DNA of 64,000 bases, taken from positions 2,718 through 66,717 of the forward strand of contig CAWDMF010000007.1 of assembly GCA_963803185.1 (NCBI GenBank), read 5' to 3'. The notes below the pieces were generated by a model. It was not told the DNA's origin, made no database searches, and was given only the letters and a program-made list of their open reading frames with translations. The DNA comes from an uncultured Gammaproteobacteria bacterium (GTDB taxonomy: Bacteria > Pseudomonadota > Gammaproteobacteria > SZUA-229). Positions 38,069-49,479 of the stretch are shown here, piece after piece; position 1 is the stretch's first letter, and each line of letters begins with the position of its first letter. The translations under genes and the position numbers were made by a program.

Positions 38069-38164
38069 AGCAGACCAGATAACAGACTAGATAAGTATAT
38101 ACGCTATTTAAACAGCATAGCGTGTATCATAATTCGTTACCCAACATATATATAGAGTATTCAC

Positions 38165-38548
38165 ATGGCGAAGCCTGAAGTAAAGAAAAAAATAAAACGT
38201 ACCGTGGTTGATGGTGTTGCACATGTCTATGCAACATTTAATAACACCATTATTACTATTACCGACCGTCAGGGTAACACTCTGTCCTGGGCGACCTCGG
38301 GTGGTTCAGGTTTCCGTGGTTCTCGCAAGAGCACTCCATTCGCTGCGCAGGTAGCAGCTGAACGTGCCGGTACGCGTGCAAAAGATTATGGTATGAAAAG
38401 TCTTGAAGTATTGGTTCGTGGTCCGGGCCCCGGACGTGATTCTGCTATTCGTTCATTGAATAACGCTGGTTTTAAAATTACCAATATTCAAGATGTAACA
38501 CCTATTCCACACAACGGCTGTCGTCCTCCTAAGCGACGTCGCGTTTAG
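38165..38548 (+). CDS. rpsK: 30S ribosomal protein S11
   Basis: Sequence. Confidence 0.97.
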   Translation: MAKPEVKKKIKRTVVDGVAHVYATFNNTIITITDRQGNTLSWATSGGSGFRGSRKSTPFAAQVAAERAGTRAKDYGMKSLEVLVRGPGPGRDSAIRSLNNAGFKITNIQDVTPIPHNGCRPPKRRRV

Positions 38549-38563
38549 ATTTGAGAAAATACC

Positions 38564-39184
38564 ATGGCTAAATATACTGGACCAAAATGTAAACTCAGTC
38601 GTCGTGAAGGCGTGGATTTAGAACTTAAATCTGCCTTACGTCCGCTTGATAGTAAATGTAAACTTGACCAGGTACCTGGTCAACATGGTGCGCGTCGCAC
38701 GCGTCTGTCTGACTATGCACTGCAGTTACGTGAGAAACAAAAAGTACGTCGTATATACGGTGTTCTGGAAAAACAATTCCGTAATTACTACAAAGAAGCG
38801 GCACGTCTTAAAGGCTCTACAGGTGAAAACCTGTTGCAACTATTAGAGCGTCGCCTTGATAATGTTGTTTATCGCTCAGGTTTTGGTTCAACACGTGCCG
38901 AAGCAAGACAAATGGTTAATCATAAGTTAATTATGGTTAATAACGTTGTTGTTAACATTCCTTCTTACCAGGTAAAAGCAAGTGATGTTATTACTATTCG
39001 AGAAAAAGCAAAAAAACAAACACGTATTGCCGATGCAATAAATATGGCAAAAGCAAATGGAATTGTAGACTGGATTTCTCTTGATGATTCCAAGCTTGAA
39101 GCTGTATATAAAAATGTTCCTGAGCGAGCTGAATTATCAGCAGACATCAACGAACAGTTAATCGTCGAACTTTATTCCAAGTAG
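38564..39184 (+). CDS. rpsD: 30S ribosomal protein S4
   Basis: Sequence. Confidence 0.97.
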   Translation: MAKYTGPKCKLSRREGVDLELKSALRPLDSKCKLDQVPGQHGARRTRLSDYALQLREKQKVRRIYGVLEKQFRNYYKEAARLKGSTGENLLQLLERRLDNVVYRSGFGSTRAEARQMVNHKLIMVNNVVVNIPSYQVKASDVITIREKAKKQTRIADAINMAKANGIVDWISLDDSKLEAVYKNVPERAELSADINEQLIVELYSK

Positions 39185-39199
39185 TGGAGCAACTATTAC

Positions 39200-40195
39200 A
39201 TGTCAGCGACAGATGAACTTCTTACACCGCGTACTATTAACGTACAGTCTTATAGTGATACTCATGCAAAAGTTGCGTTGGAGCCGCTAGAACGTGGTTT
39301 TGGTCATACGCTAGGTAATGCCTTACGTAGAATTTTATTATCTTCAATAGAAGGCAGCGCTATTGTTGAAGCACAAATCGAAGGTGTTGTACATGAATAC
39401 AGCACGATAGAAGGTGTACAGGAAGATGTACTTGAAATCCTGTTAAACCTTAAAGGTGTGGCTCTAATCATGCATACAAATGAAGAGCAAACAATAAGTA
39501 TTAGTAAATCGGGTCCGGCTGTTGTTACAGCAGGCGATATTGAAACTGGCCATGATATTGAAATCGTAAACCCTGATCATGTTATTGCGAATGTAAACAG
39601 TGATGGCAAGCTGAATATTACCCTTAAGGTCGTTAAAGGCCGAGGCTATCAGCCTTCAAATGCACGTAATATAGACGCTGAAACTGCTACCATTGGTACT
39701 TTGCAGCTGGATGCATCATTCAGTCCTATTCGTCGTGTTTCATACAATGTTGAAAATGCACGTGTGGCACAAAGTACCAACCTGGATAAATTAATCATTG
39801 ATTTGCAGACTAACGGTACTGTCGACCCTGAAGAAGCGATTCGAACTGCAGCTACAATCCTGCAGGCCCAGCTTTCATCATTTGTTAATTTACAAAGCAT
39901 GGAAGATGAAGTTGCTGAAGATGAAGAAGCCGATATCGATCCAATTTTATTGCGTCCTGTAGACGAGCTTGAATTAACCGTACGTTCTGCAAACTGTTTG
40001 AAAGCAGAAAATATATACTATATTGGTGACTTGATTCAACGTACCGAGGTTGAATTATTAAGAACACCTAACTTGGGTAAAAAATCCTTAACTGAAATTA
40101 AAGACGTACTTGCATCACATGGACTGTCTCTGGGTATTCAGTTAGAAAATTGGCCACCTGCATCAATTCGTGAGAAAGAAGAAGCAGCAGTTTAA
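39200..40195 (+). CDS. rpoA: DNA-directed RNA polymerase subunit alpha
   Basis: Sequence. Confidence 0.97.
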   Translation: MSATDELLTPRTINVQSYSDTHAKVALEPLERGFGHTLGNALRRILLSSIEGSAIVEAQIEGVVHEYSTIEGVQEDVLEILLNLKGVALIMHTNEEQTISISKSGPAVVTAGDIETGHDIEIVNPDHVIANVNSDGKLNITLKVVKGRGYQPSNARNIDAETATIGTLQLDASFSPIRRVSYNVENARVAQSTNLDKLIIDLQTNGTVDPEEAIRTAATILQAQLSSFVNLQSMEDEVAEDEEADIDPILLRPVDELELTVRSANCLKAENIYYIGDLIQRTEVELLRTPNLGKKSLTEIKDVLASHGLSLGIQLENWPPASIREKEEAAV

Positions 40196-40266
40196 TTTAA
40201 TACAGCCATTTAACAGTGGCACTTTGTATTGTTTACAATACGAAATACAGAAAAAGGTTATAAATC

Positions 40267-40653
40267 ATGCGTCATCATAAATCTGGCCGCAAACTAAATC
40301 GAAACAGCAGTCATCGTAAAGCGATGTTTAGCAATATGACTAATTCACTGTTTGATCATGAAATTATTAAAACGACATTGCCAAAAGCAAAAGAGTTGCG
40401 TCGTGTGGCTGAACCACTTATCACATTGGCTAAAAGTGATTCCGTTTCAAATCGTCGTTCAGCTTTTTCAAAATTACGTGATAAAGAAATGGTTGGCAAA
40501 CTGTTTGATGAATTAGCGCCACGCTATAAGGATCGTCCTGGTGGTTATACCCGTATCCTGAAATGTGGTTTTCGTTCAGGCGACGCTGCACCAATGGCTT
40601 ACATCGAGTTGGTTGATCGTCCTGAAGAAGCTATTGCGGCTGATTCTGAATAG
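40267..40653 (+). CDS. rplQ: 50S ribosomal protein L17
   Basis: Sequence. Confidence 0.97.
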   Translation: MRHHKSGRKLNRNSSHRKAMFSNMTNSLFDHEIIKTTLPKAKELRRVAEPLITLAKSDSVSNRRSAFSKLRDKEMVGKLFDELAPRYKDRPGGYTRILKCGFRSGDAAPMAYIELVDRPEEAIAADSE

Positions 40654-40680
40654 TACGGGCGGCTGAGTATATAGACATTA

Positions 40681-40712
40681 AAAACCGGCTTTAAGCTGGT
40701 TTTTTTTCGGCC
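40681..40712 (+). terminator. rho-independent terminator of alpha operon
   Basis: AAAACCGGCTTTAAGCTGGTTTTTTTTCGG hairpin plus T-run. Confidence 0.7.
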
Positions 40713-41372
40713 TGTTAATTTTTTAAACTCTGCAGCTAAATCTACTCTGCTTAATTAGAACTTGATGAATTTGCAATAAATGGAACCATTTTCTGGTTTT
40801 ACACGTTAATTTTGTATGAGTTTTGTTAAATTTCACAGGCATTAAATGAAAAATGAGCAAATACTGCCTTTTTCACGCGGCTTAAGCTGATTGACGTATC
40901 GGGGGGATAAGCTGGCTTGCAATGATTTTGGTGATGGGCAAGGGGAGGTTGCAGGCATTGTGATCAACAATGCCTGGCCTCATTGCTTTAGCCGCTGAGT
41001 TCTAGCCGTTAATTTGCAAGCAGGATGGTCACATAATCAATAACAGTTGCCCTGCTCTCTCTTTGAGCTATTGTATTAAACCATAAGCTGCCATCGTGCA
41101 ACTTATGGTTTTTATGTATTATGAAACAGGTTATAAACATATTTATAATGTATGTCATTGAACGGGCAGGGATAACTCATCGAATCAGGGAAGCTCTGAG
41201 CCAGTTGAATAATTTTAGGCTGGCTGAAAAATAGTCCATATCATCCCGAAGATTGCCGTAATATAATAATTTATTACCCCTTACTTTGTGAGGCATATGA
41301 ACACATTCTGTGCACTGTTTTAATCAATATGGCTAATTAACTTAATCAGAGATTCCCTGGTAACAGCAGTTT

Positions 41373-41921
41373 ATGAGTATTGTTAATTTATTCAAATCAC
41401 GTGTTCAGCCTGCCGATCGGTTTGAACGGATTGTCTCACCGTATATCAATAATTTATACAATTTTGCCTTTCGCCTCTGTCCATGTGCTGATGATGCTGA
41501 GGAACTGGTGCAAATGCTATTAACACGCCTGTATCCAAAGTTAGAAGAACTGGAACAGGTGGAGTCACTTCGCCCCTGGTTAACGCGTTCATTATATAAC
41601 CTGTATGTCGATAGTTACCGTAAACAGCAGCGCACGATGGCGATTATCAGTCCGGAAGAAATGCCAGAAAATGTTATGTCACAGGATAAAACCCCGTATG
41701 AAAAAATTGAACTAACACACAATCAGCAAATCATTACGCAAGCCATGCTGCAGTTAAATGAAGACCAACGTCTAGTTATGATGTTACATGATGCAGAAGG
41801 TTATACGCTGATTGAGTTAGCGGACATCCTGCAAACACCGATTGGCACACTTAAATCACGTTTACACCGGGGCAGGAACCTGGTAAGAGAATTAACAGAA
41901 ATGGAACTATTTGATAACTAA
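41373..41921 (+). CDS. ECF (sigma-70 family group IV) sigma factor
   Basis: Region 2 and region 4 HTH (..GYTLIELADILQTPIGTLKSRLHRGRNLV..), 182 aa. Confidence 0.8.
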   Translation: MSIVNLFKSRVQPADRFERIVSPYINNLYNFAFRLCPCADDAEELVQMLLTRLYPKLEELEQVESLRPWLTRSLYNLYVDSYRKQQRTMAIISPEEMPENVMSQDKTPYEKIELTHNQQIITQAMLQLNEDQRLVMMLHDAEGYTLIELADILQTPIGTLKSRLHRGRNLVRELTEMELFDN

Positions 41922-41969
41922 ATACGTTCTATTACTAAGGGATATAGGAACTAAACAGGGTAAGAGCTA

Positions 41970-42644
41970 ATGAGTTGCGAACGAATACAGAATTTACTTA
42001 ACGATTATATTGATGACACACTTTCAGTTTTACATGCTGAAGTGGTTAAAAATCATTGCCACACATGTGATGACTGTGCGCGGCAGCTTAAGGGCTTACG
42101 CATACAGAAAGAGTCACTAAGCTCATTGCCGGTAGCGCCTGCATCTGATGGCTTTGAAAAACGGGTGTTTGCCAGGGCAATTCAAGAGGCCCCAGCAACG
42201 AAGAAGATCCATAGCAAATCAGGCAGTTTTTATAAATTGGCTACAGCGGCAATGCTTTCTGCACTGGTACTGTGGTTAGGCCTGTTTAATGATACAAAAA
42301 CAGGGAAAGATGATCTATACCTTGTAACTGTAGGTGATGAAGTGCGTACAATAAAAGTTGCCATAGACTCAGAGCAGGCGCTGGATGCGGTGAATATGCG
42401 AGTGGAACTGTCCGATAATCTTGAATTAAAGGGTTATGGAAACAAGAAACAAATTCACTGGACGACACACTTAAGCGAAGGTGTTAATGTGATTTCATTG
42501 CCGATTGTTGGCATCGCGCAGGGTGAGGGCGACATAACAACACGCATTGAACTAAATGGTAAAGAAAAAGTAATGCGTATAAAAACAGAGTATAAGCTGC
42601 CTGACAGTGTTCTGTATCAAGGTGATATGGTTCTGCAAGGATAG
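41970..42644 (+). CDS. zinc-finger (ZAS) anti-sigma factor, single-pass membrane protein
   Basis: N-terminal H-x3-C-x2-C motif (HCHTCDDC), central TM helix (LATAAMLSALVLWLGLF), periplasmic C-domain; immediately downstream of ECF sigma. Confidence 0.7.
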   Translation: MSCERIQNLLNDYIDDTLSVLHAEVVKNHCHTCDDCARQLKGLRIQKESLSSLPVAPASDGFEKRVFARAIQEAPATKKIHSKSGSFYKLATAAMLSALVLWLGLFNDTKTGKDDLYLVTVGDEVRTIKVAIDSEQALDAVNMRVELSDNLELKGYGNKKQIHWTTHLSEGVNVISLPIVGIAQGEGDITTRIELNGKEKVMRIKTEYKLPDSVLYQGDMVLQG

Positions 42645-42649
42645 TTTTT

Positions 42650-43126
42650 ATGAATGGCTTATTGAAAAAACGATTTATTTTGCCGTGTTGCGTAGTGTGT
42701 ATGTGTGCGCCATCGGTTTTGTTGGCCTCACCAGATGATTTAGATGAAATAACCATCCGTATAATCGAGGACGATGCCTATATCCCCGGTGTTCATAGCC
42801 TGGAACTGCCTGTTTTTGGCAATGATGATGACCGTGATAAGGATACTAAGGACGATGCTATTGATGACAGGAATGAGGATAAGGATGATATCGAAGAACA
42901 GGAAGATACTGACGAGACCGACGAACCTGATGAAGCAGATGATGATCGGGATGAGCTAGAGGAACCTGATGATCTGGATGAGCCAGATGAGCCAGATGAG
43001 CCAGATGAGCCAGATGAGCCAGATGAGCCAGATGAGCCAGATGAGCCAGATGAGCCAGATGAGCCAGATGAGCCAGATGAGCCAGATGAGCCAGATGACT
43101 ATGATGATCATGACGATCATGATTAG
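42650..43126 (+). CDS. secreted hyper-acidic repeat protein, (EPD)13 tract and DDHDDHD tail
   Basis: Sec signal peptide (..APSVLLASPDD), then >50% D/E; 13 tandem GATGAGCCA units encode EPDEPDEPD... Confidence 0.6.
   Translation: MNGLLKKRFILPCCVVCMCAPSVLLASPDDLDEITIRIIEDDAYIPGVHSLELPVFGNDDDRDKDTKDDAIDDRNEDKDDIEEQEDTDETDEPDEADDDRDELEEPDDLDEPDEPDEPDEPDEPDEPDEPDEPDEPDEPDEPDEPDEPDDYDDHDDHD
42977..43093 (+). repeat. 9-bp in-frame microsatellite (GATGAGCCA)x13
   Basis: Perfect 13-unit array inside CDS 42650..43126. Confidence 0.95.
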
Positions 43127-43321
43127 CCAGATGAGTCTGAGGAATCAGAAAAGTCAGAATCACCAGGAATAGCATTAGCAGCAAACATGTCATATCCGTT
43201 GCCCGGGTTTTTAATGTATTAGCACTGGATTTCCTTTAGCCTGCTGCCGGGTAATTTATGGCAGCATAAAAGATTGCGGGGATATAGTTCAGAGGCAGCA
43301 TGTGCAATATAATGAGCACTT

Positions 43322-44674
43322 ATGGTTAAGTGTGAAAAATTTGTTTGCTCAGCGCTTCTGTTGCTAGTCCTTTTTGGCCAGCTTTCTGCTGAGCCTGTCT
43401 CCGTCTCGGTTCCAGTGTCGCCGGTCAGGCAGGAAAATACTCTCTCGGATAATCTGTCCCTTGCCGGCCAGCTATATAATCAGGGTGAATATGCACAGGC
43501 CAAAGTCTATTTTGAGCTCGCGTTAAATCAGGCTCAGCAGCAGGCAAAACCAGCACAAACGATTTATTATAATCTTGGTTCAGTTTGTTACCAGCTAAAG
43601 CAGTATGATGAAAGTAAGCTGTATTTTGAAAAGCTGCTTAATCATAATAAGCTGAAAGCCGTTGCCTACTATAACCTTGCTTTAATAGAGAATAAGCTGG
43701 GCAATAAAAAATCCACCATTGATTATTTACATCAAAGCAAAAACGCTTCACCCGACACGCAGCTAGCAAAACTGGTTGATCAGCAGTTACTGAAAATAAG
43801 TAATCAGGAACCACAAAGAAAAAAAGCAGTTACTTATAAAGACTGGAATGCCTATCTCTACCTTAGCCCCGGTTACGACTCAAATATAAAATTAGAACCC
43901 GCAGAAGTTGCTTCTAATGAATCCGGAAGCTTTTTGCAGTTTTACGGTCTTTTTGATAAGCGCATAGCTGGCAAAGGTTATGGAAAAAAAGATCCTGCCT
44001 TATTAATCACCTCGTCAGTATTTTTATCTAACTATTTTTCAACTGACTTTAATGATTACAATATATTCGATATAGGGCTGCGCTATTTATTCCCGGTAAA
44101 TAAGTGGCGAAATAGCATTGAATTTAATATAAAAAAATCTACCTATGGCCACAGAGACTACCAGCAATCTTACGCGGCAACGTTTAAGACGCGGCGCAGG
44201 TTTTCTGATGGCAATACGTTAAGGTTGCGTTATCGATATGAACAGCTAAACAGCCTGGATCCGCTGTTTGATTATCTTGAAGGTTACCGGCAAAAATTAA
44301 GACTGGGTTACCAGTTTAAGTTACAGAATGATGCTGTGAATCTCTGGTACGAGCTTGAATTAAACGACAGGCAAAACACGGCCAATCTCAATTATTCACC
44401 AACAAGAAATACCTTTCGTGTGCGTTATGAGAAAAAAATCAATGCCACAAATAAGGTGTATGGCGAGCTGGAGTATCGACACAGTGATTACGATCCAACT
44501 CCTGTCCAGGACAGGCTGGATAAACGATCAGGTTACCTGCTGGCTTACGTAAACGATGTGGCACGAGACTGGCAATTGTTGGCGAGATGGGGATTTAGAA
44601 GCAATAACTCCACAGAATCTGTTTATTCATATGACCGACACGTGGCACTGCTGACATTAAGAAAGTCATTCTAG
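43322..44674 (+). CDS. outer-membrane protein: N-terminal TPR repeats + C-terminal beta-barrel (possible Slam/DUF560-like translocator)
   Basis: Signal peptide; TPR-like helices (..YNQGEYAQAKVYFELAL.., ..AYYNLALIENKLGN..); C-terminal ~300 aa with alternating Y/R/N-rich strands, terminal ..LTLRKSF beta-signal. Confidence 0.45.
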   Translation: MVKCEKFVCSALLLLVLFGQLSAEPVSVSVPVSPVRQENTLSDNLSLAGQLYNQGEYAQAKVYFELALNQAQQQAKPAQTIYYNLGSVCYQLKQYDESKLYFEKLLNHNKLKAVAYYNLALIENKLGNKKSTIDYLHQSKNASPDTQLAKLVDQQLLKISNQEPQRKKAVTYKDWNAYLYLSPGYDSNIKLEPAEVASNESGSFLQFYGLFDKRIAGKGYGKKDPALLITSSVFLSNYFSTDFNDYNIFDIGLRYLFPVNKWRNSIEFNIKKSTYGHRDYQQSYAATFKTRRRFSDGNTLRLRYRYEQLNSLDPLFDYLEGYRQKLRLGYQFKLQNDAVNLWYELELNDRQNTANLNYSPTRNTFRVRYEKKINATNKVYGELEYRHSDYDPTPVQDRLDKRSGYLLAYVNDVARDWQLLARWGFRSNNSTESVYSYDRHVALLTLRKSF

Positions 44675-44841
44675 GTAAATCACATTTAAGCTGTAATTAT
44701 TGTTTTCAGATTGCCTGTCTTAGCTATAATTATTAGCTGCAATTCGGTGGGCAGTGTGTACAGACCGGAGACATAGGTTACACAACGTTCGGACACATAG
44801 GAAACACTTTTTTCTAAAATTAGGCATCAAATTGCTGACTG

Positions 44842-44987
44842 ATTTGCGCTATATGAAAATCGAGCCATTTTAATAAATCTTTTCTTTCCTGCTCTCGAGA
44901 TGACATACAGAAGAAGTGATTTTCAATCACTCTAATTTGCGCTATATGAAAATCGAGCCATTTTAATCAATCTTTTCTTTCCTGCTC
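44842..44987. repeat. two 53-bp direct repeats 93 bp apart in convergent intergenic region
   Basis: atttgcgctatatgaaaatcgagccattttaat(a/c)aatcttttctttcctgctc at 44842-44894 and 44935-44987. Confidence 0.8.
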
Positions 44988-45062
44988 ATCATTGCTGTTA
45001 GAGCAGCCAAATGCGCAGAGAATACTGAGACTGCCTATGAGTTTTTAATAAAAGTCGTCATC

Positions 45063-47909
45063 CTAGCCTGCTTTACGTTGCTCTGCGTTTAACATACGTT
45101 TTATGTACTTACCGGTAAATGACCCGGCTATCTGGGCAACCTCTTCCGGTGTACCGGTAGCAATAATCCGGCCGCCTTTGTAACCACCTTCCGGCCCCAA
45201 ATCGATAATCCAGTCGGCCATTTTTATTATGTCGAGATTGTGCTCAATAACGATCACCGTATTGCCATGATCACGCAGTCGTATCAGTACATCGAGTAAC
45301 TGCTGCACATCATAAAAATGCAGGCCGGTAGTCGGTTCATCAAGGATGTAGGCGGTTTGTCCGGTGTCTCGTTTAGACAGTTCTTTGGATAATTTAATGC
45401 GCTGGGCTTCACCGCCGGAGAGGGTGGTGGCGCGTTGGCCGAGGGTAATATAACCCAGTCCAACATCTATTAAGGTCTGTAATTTTCGTTTCAGCACCGG
45501 AATAGCATCGAAAAAAACCAGTGCATCTTCAATGGTCATTTCCAGTACCTGGTGAATATTTTTGCCTTTGTATTTTATTTCCAGTGTTTCGCGATTGTAT
45601 CGTTGCGATTTACAAACATCACACTCCACATAAACATCCGGTAGAAAATGCATTTCGACTTTAATCACACCGTCACCCTGGCAGGCTTCGCAGCGTCCGC
45701 CTTTAACATTAAAACTGAAACGGCCAGGTTTGTAACCCCGGGAGCGTGATTCCTGTGTCGCAGAAAATAACTCGCGTATCGGCGTAAACAGGCCGGTGTA
45801 GGTCGCCGGGTTAGATCGTGGCGTACGTCCAATAGGGGACTGGTCTATATCAACCACTTTATCGAAATGTTCAACACCGGCAAATGATTGGTGAGGTGCG
45901 GCTGACATCGAATTATTATTGATCGCCCGGGCAAGAATCGGGTACAGCGTATCGTTAATCAGTGTTGATTTTCCCGAGCCGGAAACACCGGTGATGCAGG
46001 TAAATAATCCTACCGGAATATCGACATCAACATCCTGCAAATTATTGCCGCTGGCACCTTTAATACTAAAAATATCACTACTGCGTGCAGTACGTTTTGC
46101 CGGCACCTCGATTTTTTTCACGCCGGCCAGGTACTGTCCTGTTAGCGACTTCTTGTTCTTCATGATCTCCTGCGGCGTGCCCGAGGCAATGATCTCACCA
46201 CCATGGACGCCAGCCCCGGGACCGATGTCAATGACATGATCGGCAGATAAAATCGCATCTTCATCATGTTCCACCACGATCACCGTATTGCCTATATCGC
46301 GCAGGTGATTCAGGGTATTAATCAGGCGATCGTTATCGCGCTGGTGTAAACCGATGGACGGTTCATCAAGAATATACATTACCCCAACCAGGCCGGCGCC
46401 AATTTGACTCGCCAGGCGAATACGTTGAGCTTCACCACCGGACAGCGTGTCAGAGCCACGATCCAGGGTAAGATAATCGAGTCCAACATTGACCAGAAAG
46501 TTTAACCGTGAAGAAATCTCGCGATTAATTTTTTCTGCAATTTCACCGCGATGGCCGCTTAACTGCAGTGAGTCAAAAAATTCAAATGAATGCTGTATTG
46601 GCATTGCCGTTAATTCGGCCAGTGTCTTGTCCAGCACAAAAACATGGCGTGCCGCTTCATTTAAACGCGTGCCATGACATACCGGGCAGGGCTGGATGGA
46701 AAGAAACTTGGCCAGCTCTTCACGCACCAGGTTGGATTCCGTTTCGCGGTATCGCCGCTCCATGGTATGTAATACACCTTCAAAAGCATGCGTGCGTTGT
46801 TTACCACGTCGGCCAGCGTGCCCCGGGTAATTGAAAACGACTTTTTCCTTTGCGCTGCCGTACAATAATATCTGCTGAATATTGTTGCTTAACGCTTTAA
46901 AAGGAACATTAACATCGAAGTCAAAATGTTTGGCTAAAGACTGAATGATGCTGAAATAATAAGCATTGCGACGATCCCAGCCGCGAATGGCACCACCGGC
47001 AAGACTTAAATGCGCACTGACGACACGCTCAGGATCAAAAAAATTGTTATGGCCAAGACCTTCACATTCGGGGCAGGCGCCGGCCGGGTTGTTGAACGAA
47101 AACAAACGCGGTTCCAGTTCTCGCAAACTATAACCGCAATGCGGACAGGCGAATTTGGCTGAAAAAATCAAATCAGCATTATTGCCGGCTTCATCTTCCA
47201 TCCAGGTGATGGTGGCAACATCATTCGCCAGTAATAAAGCGGTTTCGAATGATTCAGCAAGCCGTGTTTTGATGTCTTCCCTGACTTTAAAACGGTCAAC
47301 CACGACTTCAATGGTGTGTTTCTTTTTGGCATCAAGTTCGGGTACTTCATCCAGCTCAAAAACCGAACCATCAACGCGAACCCGGATAAAACCCTGCTGT
47401 TTAAAATCGCTAAATAAATTTAAGTGTTCTCCCTTACGGTCGCGAATCACCGGCGCTAACAGCATTAATTTACTGCCTTCCGGTAATGCCAGCACCTGGT
47501 CAACCATCTGGCTGATGGTCTGTGCCTGTAATTCACTGCCATGCGCCGGGCAACGCGGCGTACCGGCGCGGGCAAACAGCAGACGCAGGTAATCATAAAT
47601 CTCGGTAATGGTGCCCACGGTCGAGCGTGGATTATGCGAGGTGGTTTTCTGCTCAATAGAAATCGCCGGTGACAGGCCTTCAATGGTATCCACATCCGGT
47701 TTTTCCATCATCGACAGAAACTGACGAGCATAAGTCGACAACGACTGCACATAACGCCGCTGGCCCTCTGCGAAAATGGTATCAAAGGCCAGCGAAGACT
47801 TGCCTGAGCCGGACAAACCGGTAATCACAATCAGCTTGTCGCGCGGAATATCACAATCAATATTTTTAAGATTATGGGTGCGCGCCCCCCGAATTTGGAT
47901 AGTATCCAT
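45063..47909 (-). CDS. uvrA: excinuclease ABC subunit A
   Basis: 948 aa, two ABC ATPase modules, Zn-finger CxxC pairs. Confidence 0.97.
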   Translation of the reverse strand: MDTIQIRGARTHNLKNIDCDIPRDKLIVITGLSGSGKSSLAFDTIFAEGQRRYVQSLSTYARQFLSMMEKPDVDTIEGLSPAISIEQKTTSHNPRSTVGTITEIYDYLRLLFARAGTPRCPAHGSELQAQTISQMVDQVLALPEGSKLMLLAPVIRDRKGEHLNLFSDFKQQGFIRVRVDGSVFELDEVPELDAKKKHTIEVVVDRFKVREDIKTRLAESFETALLLANDVATITWMEDEAGNNADLIFSAKFACPHCGYSLRELEPRLFSFNNPAGACPECEGLGHNNFFDPERVVSAHLSLAGGAIRGWDRRNAYYFSIIQSLAKHFDFDVNVPFKALSNNIQQILLYGSAKEKVVFNYPGHAGRRGKQRTHAFEGVLHTMERRYRETESNLVREELAKFLSIQPCPVCHGTRLNEAARHVFVLDKTLAELTAMPIQHSFEFFDSLQLSGHRGEIAEKINREISSRLNFLVNVGLDYLTLDRGSDTLSGGEAQRIRLASQIGAGLVGVMYILDEPSIGLHQRDNDRLINTLNHLRDIGNTVIVVEHDEDAILSADHVIDIGPGAGVHGGEIIASGTPQEIMKNKKSLTGQYLAGVKKIEVPAKRTARSSDIFSIKGASGNNLQDVDVDIPVGLFTCITGVSGSGKSTLINDTLYPILARAINNNSMSAAPHQSFAGVEHFDKVVDIDQSPIGRTPRSNPATYTGLFTPIRELFSATQESRSRGYKPGRFSFNVKGGRCEACQGDGVIKVEMHFLPDVYVECDVCKSQRYNRETLEIKYKGKNIHQVLEMTIEDALVFFDAIPVLKRKLQTLIDVGLGYITLGQRATTLSGGEAQRIKLSKELSKRDTGQTAYILDEPTTGLHFYDVQQLLDVLIRLRDHGNTVIVIEHNLDIIKMADWIIDLGPEGGYKGGRIIATGTPEEVAQIAGSFTGKYIKRMLNAEQRKAG

Positions 47910-48018
47910 AATGTGTTCAGCGTTGTTAGCAATCTGCTAGAATGCCTGTTTTTAGTACCTTCGGCAATAGTTACAGCTGTTTATTTACCTTATTTAGTCG
48001 TTTTATGCCAATCCAATA

Positions 48019-49386
48019 ATGAATCATCAAGTAGCAAACAATCTGGCCTCACAGGAGCGGCGCGCAGCACTTTCGCTGGCGATGATCTATGCCTTCCGTA
48101 TGCTGGGCCTGTTCATGATTCTGCCAGTATTTGCGCTTTATGCTGAAGAGCTGCCAGGCGCCACGCCTTTTCTAATGGGGCTGGCACTGGGTATTTATGG
48201 CCTGACACAGGCCGTCCTGCAAATACCCTTTGGCATGTGGTCCGATCGCATCGGGCGCAAACCGGTAATATTAATCGGTCTGCTCATATTTGCTGCTGGT
48301 TCGCTGGTAGCCGGCAGTGCGCATAGCATAGAAGGTATTATCATTGGACGGGCGATACAGGGTGCTGGAGCCATTGCTGCCGCCTTAATGGCGCTGGCGG
48401 CAGACCTGTCACGTGAAGAACATCGCACAAAAATGATGGCATTCATCGGCGTCAGTATTGGCGTCTCATTTGCTATATCCATGGTGCTTGGACCACTGCT
48501 GAATGACTGGATAGGCATAAGTGGCATTTTTTACAGTACTGCAGTATTAGCACTGGTGGGCATCGCTATCCTGTTCTTTTTTGTGCCTGACCCCGTGCAT
48601 AGCCATTTTCACCGTGATGCTGAAGTAGAAACGCAGTCACTGTTCTCCGTGTTAAAAAACCCACAGTTATTGCGCCTCGATATGGGCATTCTCAGCCTGC
48701 ATTTTGTCCTGATGTGTGTGTTTCTGGTGTTGCCGCTGGAACTGAAAAACACCATGGGTGTTGCAGCCGGCAATCACTGGCAAATTTATCTGCCGGTGTT
48801 TGCACTATCACTGCTTATCATGGTGCCGTTTATCATCGTCGCCGAGCGCAAGCAGGCAATGAAACTGGTGTTTAATGGTGCCATTATCAGCCTCATCATA
48901 GCGACATTATTCTTTCTTTATAGCCAGACACTGTGGCTCACCATACTGGCGCTGGTCATCTTTTTCGCAGGCTTTAACCTGTTAGAAGCATCACTGCCAT
49001 CATTGATCTCAAAAACCGCACCCGCAACCCAAAAAGGCACTGCCATGGGCATGTATTCCAGCAGCCAGTTTTTTGGTGCTTTTGCTGGTGGCACAATAGG
49101 TGGTTACGCGCATCAAAACTGGGGCATTCAGGGCGTGTATCTAACCGTGATGTTTGTATTAGTGCTCTGGCTTTTACTGGCAATAACCATGAAAAAACCT
49201 TCATTTTTAAGCACTTATCTATTAAATGTCGAGGGTGTTAGTGTTGAACAATTACTGGCGGTTGAAGGCGTTATTGAAGCAACGCTAGTTGATGATGAGA
49301 ATGAGTCCGGGGTAGTTGCCTATTTAAAAGTCAAAAAACGTATCCTTGATGAAGAAAAATTGTTATCTTTAGCTACCTCAAATTGA
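48019..49386 (+). CDS. MFS transporter
   Basis: 12 predicted TM helices, MFS motif G..R.GRKP after TM2. Confidence 0.8.
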   Translation: MNHQVANNLASQERRAALSLAMIYAFRMLGLFMILPVFALYAEELPGATPFLMGLALGIYGLTQAVLQIPFGMWSDRIGRKPVILIGLLIFAAGSLVAGSAHSIEGIIIGRAIQGAGAIAAALMALAADLSREEHRTKMMAFIGVSIGVSFAISMVLGPLLNDWIGISGIFYSTAVLALVGIAILFFFVPDPVHSHFHRDAEVETQSLFSVLKNPQLLRLDMGILSLHFVLMCVFLVLPLELKNTMGVAAGNHWQIYLPVFALSLLIMVPFIIVAERKQAMKLVFNGAIISLIIATLFFLYSQTLWLTILALVIFFAGFNLLEASLPSLISKTAPATQKGTAMGMYSSSQFFGAFAGGTIGGYAHQNWGIQGVYLTVMFVLVLWLLLAITMKKPSFLSTYLLNVEGVSVEQLLAVEGVIEATLVDDENESGVVAYLKVKKRILDEEKLLSLATSN

Positions 49387-49479
49387 GAGCTTTGCCCCTA
49401 TTAGCATGACATGGTGCGAGCAGATAATTTAAACCATAAGTAAATAGTAATACGACGATAAATATAAGGTGAAAAGAAC

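Noticed and set aside
42858-43193. Minus-strand ORF with (HLA)n repeat and plus-strand ORF 42969..43172 with (MSQ)n
   Set aside because: These are alternative-frame readings of the 9-bp microsatellite. The plus-frame acidic protein has a signal peptide and genomic context, so it is the real gene.
45919-47695. Plus-strand ORFs (88-145 aa) within uvrA
   Set aside because: They are antisense to the conserved uvrA coding sequence.
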